Source: Takakia lepidozioides (Eukaryota > Plantae > Bryophyta). From it: a stretch of DNA of 64,000 nt. The position numbers and the translations under genes are program-made. Positions 60,931 through 64,000 of the stretch are shown in pieces; the stretch's first letter is position 1, and each line of letters starts with the position of its first letter. Location of the stretch: positions 74,834,001-74,898,000 of the forward strand of contig CM060732.1 of the NCBI GenBank assembly GCA_030704615.1, read 5' to 3'. The notes under the pieces were generated by a model that did no database searches, was not told the DNA's origin, and saw only the letters and a list, made by a program, of their open reading frames with translations.

Positions 60931-63801
60931 CTAACTACGGAACCGGTCTACAAAATCTACTTTCCTGGCAAGGGACATGTTGTTTCCATCATCATTTTTT
61001 ATGAATGGAACTGCTTGAAGAGGGTGCAACAGACCTTTGTCGATTCTAACTTGTAAAGTGTACAGCCTCCCACGAACACAACGAAGCTCGGCAAGCAGAT
61101 GTTTGCGCATTGTTTCACTCTCATTGCCAAGAAGCGACAGGGACTTCATCTCAGATTCAATTGATGAAACATCTGATGGCTCCTGCCGACCACGCTGGGA
61201 TGATGCTGAGCACTCCGTAGGCTCTGCTAGATTCACAACTTCCTCCTCTGCATCAATATCTGGAAGTTCAACATGTGAAGACCTCCATGAATGGTCCCGA
61301 GCTTTGTGCCACAGAGCTTCACAATAAGCCCTTCCTTCAGATTTGGCTTCATCAATTGAAGAACGCGGATTTGATGTTTGCACAAGTTACCCTTCAAAGC
61401 CCATGGACAATCGCAACAAGCCCAGGTGGTCGCAGGTGCATAGATTGTGTAGCTTCGACCGGCCGTTTGAACACTATCCACAATCGCCGGATGACCATGA
61501 ACAGTGGGCAAATGAACATTGACATCAGGGATCTCCCTTGCAGTCCAAACAACATTACTGATAAATTCCTCCTGTCGTACATTCCTTTTGAAGCCTTTCG
61601 ATTTCAAGTTATCTCTATACCAATAGTGGGTTAGAACAGGACCCACGAGTTCGCTGATCAGCCAATCGATTCTCCTGCCATCAAGCCTTTGCTTTCCTGA
61701 GCGTAAACGAGCCTTCAAATTTCCGTGCCAAGATTCAATTGCAGCATTAGTATCCTGACTTGCGTGGGGAATATAACGAACCCCCGTGATCCACATGCTC
61801 AGTTTTGGGACCCATTCCATTCTGATGTAATGTAGGAAGTCACGCGCAAGCGGATAGGAATAATTCAAATCTTCCAGTCGCTCCAACGCCCACTCTTCTG
61901 GGGTGACTCCCACACAGGCGTTAATGCCGTACATTACGTCGCCAAGCTATTTCAAAACAGCATTGCGAGTGTATGGATCGGGCATCTTACGCCACGAATG
62001 TTTCAGCCAAGCGCGGCGAACATGCCAAAGGCATAGAAATATTGCTACGTCCCCAAACGATTCCCTGCATGCACACACATCAAATGCCACCCAATCCATC
62101 AGTGTAACTCTTGTCAGTATAACTCTTATCAGAGGAACTCTTCGCAGTGTAACTCGTAGAAGTGTAACTCTTCAAAGTGTCACTCTTAGTAGTGTGACTC
62201 ATGTAACCCCTCGTGCATCTGGTCATGTAACTATCAGTGAAACTCACAGCAGTGTAACCCAACACATATAACCCCTCGCAGCGCTGTAACGCAATCCATG
62301 TTACACCGTGTAACTCTCAGAGCGACCCAACCCATACAACCCTCTGCGATGCTCCCAGTGTAACTCACAGGCTATAGCAGTGCAACCTAATCCATGCAGG
62401 ACTGCAGATGACACGCCGTGTAACTCGCAGTGTAACCCTCTGTCTACCTCATAGCAGTGTAACCCTCGGTCTAACTCACATCAGTGTAACCCTCCGTCCA
62501 ACTCAAGGCAGTATAACCATCTGTCTAACTGGTAACCCTCAGTGTAACAGACAGCACTGCAACCCAATCCATGTAACCCCTCAAGCAACTGACAGTGTAA
62601 CTCCAAGTGTTACAGGCAGCAATGCACCCCCTCGTGTAACTGGCAGTTTAACTCTTACTGTGATTCTCAGTGTAACTAGCAGTAGTGTAGCCCGATCCAT
62701 AAAACCCCTCGTGCATGCAACTTGTAGTGTGAATTACTGTGTGACTCAGAACATTGTAACTTCTAGCCATGTACCTGATAACATTGATTTCTGCGTCTGC
62801 ATCGTCGACAACAAAAGCATTTGGCCTCCAATCTGGTTTGCTCTGAAGAAGTCGGTCGCGAAGACGTTTTATCCAGGGGCTCAGGTCAGTCGTTTTGTTT
62901 CTCGCTGATATAATATAAGCAACAGATATGCCGTTGAGCCATTTGTCGAACACCATCATGGTATACATTGGGAACTGCAATGTCGCAATGGTACAAAATG
63001 AATAAGGTGAGTGTTATAATATTGGCAACAGTTGCATGGCACTCACATTTCAGAATGCAATGAAAGGTAAAGCGTGACACGAATACCTTATTTTCGTTGG
63101 TCCCAAATATTGCATCGCATGATACCACACGGTTGTGTCCCAGGTCGATCATTTTCTGTTTTTGCCACTCCGTTTGTATTCCAATTACGAACTTCAAATC
63201 ACCCGCCACTGGCGCTGTCTCTTCATGGTAGAAGAAGACGCTTTCAGGATTGCTATCGACCCACATACGTACACTTTGTGCATTATCTGGATGTTTTTTG
63301 TAACTCTCAATCGCAAGCTTATCGGCAATGTTTCTCACGTCGTACTCGAACAAGAAACAATCGCGACTCCACTCCATGCCTGGCTGAGACGCACAAGCTT
63401 CCTGGAGCTGTTGAGTGTGTTGTGTCATAATCATAGCTGGAGATAGGCCACTGCGAAGACTATCGACGATCCATTGTTTCATATCTTGGCTGAGACAAGG
63501 GGCATGCACGAATCGCGAGAAATGGGAAGAGGGGTCAGCTGAACCATGACATGGCTTTCCTTTTGCATCCACATGCTGTTTCTGGAAGTATGTGATGATT
63601 GCCAACTATGAATCTAGAAAACACTGGCCAACTTTGAAGTTACACGTACACCCACGTTTGTATGATTCTCCGAAATCCGCTGCCTTACGTCTGATTCGCT
63701 TGACTGGTTTTTGATTATCGGAGGCTGCTATCGGTTTTTCTTTCTTCTTCACAATCGGCGGGTCTGTGCGCCTATCTATCGAGCCGTAGCAGCAGTGGTA
63801 C
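60931..63801 (-). pseudogene. MULE-domain/SWIM transposase (upstream exons continue off-window)
   Basis: KRGCTCNF, FVIGIQTEWQ..SCDAIFGTN, FVVDDADAE, LCLWHVRRAW, TNAAIESWH, RRIDWL and SWIM CDCPWALKGNLCKH. In-frame stops (63606, ~61948) and a frameshift near 61380. Confidence 0.9.
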
Positions 63802-64000
63802 CTGCAAAAAAAGCATATAAAGCGAGGAGGGTTACCGCCATATACGACTTTGCTAGGCCAGCAGAAAGAAGTGGGGCTGGGAATGTTATACAACCCTCAT
63901 AAGTGACTTACTTATGCCACTGACGATAACTGTTTGCACGCGGTGTTGTCAAATCTGGCAACTCACGGTACCTTCGATCTTGAACATAAAATTGGGTCTT

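Larger units (their letters stand above)
38014..64000. mobile_element. Giant Mutator-superfamily element (left TIR at 38014; extends beyond the window)
   Basis: 38014-38048 matches the MITE TIR at 6505 in 34/35 nt. The same GTAACC/GGTTAC motif runs through 38.2-42.3 kb and 56.9-63.9 kb. Carries a MULE-SWIM transposase and an Ulp1 ORF. Confidence 0.8.

Noticed and set aside
62080-62908. VT-rich ORFs overlapping the transposase
   Set aside because: They are translations of the motif-filled intron.

Overview
This is eukaryotic, intron-rich DNA, most likely from a non-seed streptophyte. The basis is a plant-type CstF77, plant-type CACTA/MULE/L1 elements, and a fragment of the ciliary gene CEP104, which implies flagellated cells. 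One intact host gene is present: a ~24-exon CstF77 (18568-34432, +). The rest is a nested transposon landscape. On the left (1-18.3 kb) are a ParB-like pseudogene, a tRNA-SINE, a Mutator MITE (9-bp TSD), a PIF/Harbinger element (TAA TSD) broken by a rearranged non-L1 LINE, a piggyBac-type MITE (TTAA TSD), a CACTA fragment and an L1. Inside CstF77 introns are stacked LINE 3' ends and a 331-bp TRIM whose LTRs carry a tRNA-like sequence. On the right (38014 to the window end) is a >26-kb Mutator-superfamily element with the same TIR as the MITE. It encodes a SWIM/MULE transposase, an Ulp1-type protease and a zinc-finger ORF, and it is saturated with one short motif (TGTAAC/GTTACA) in its arrays, introns and even codons, reminiscent of sequence-specific anti-silencing systems. 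A ~13-kb CACTA element is nested in it. That element has head-to-head ORFs, an FCP1-like phosphatase domain, an inverted right end and an adjacent three-exon CEP104 fragment. All family assignments come from motif recognition by eye; no database searches were run.
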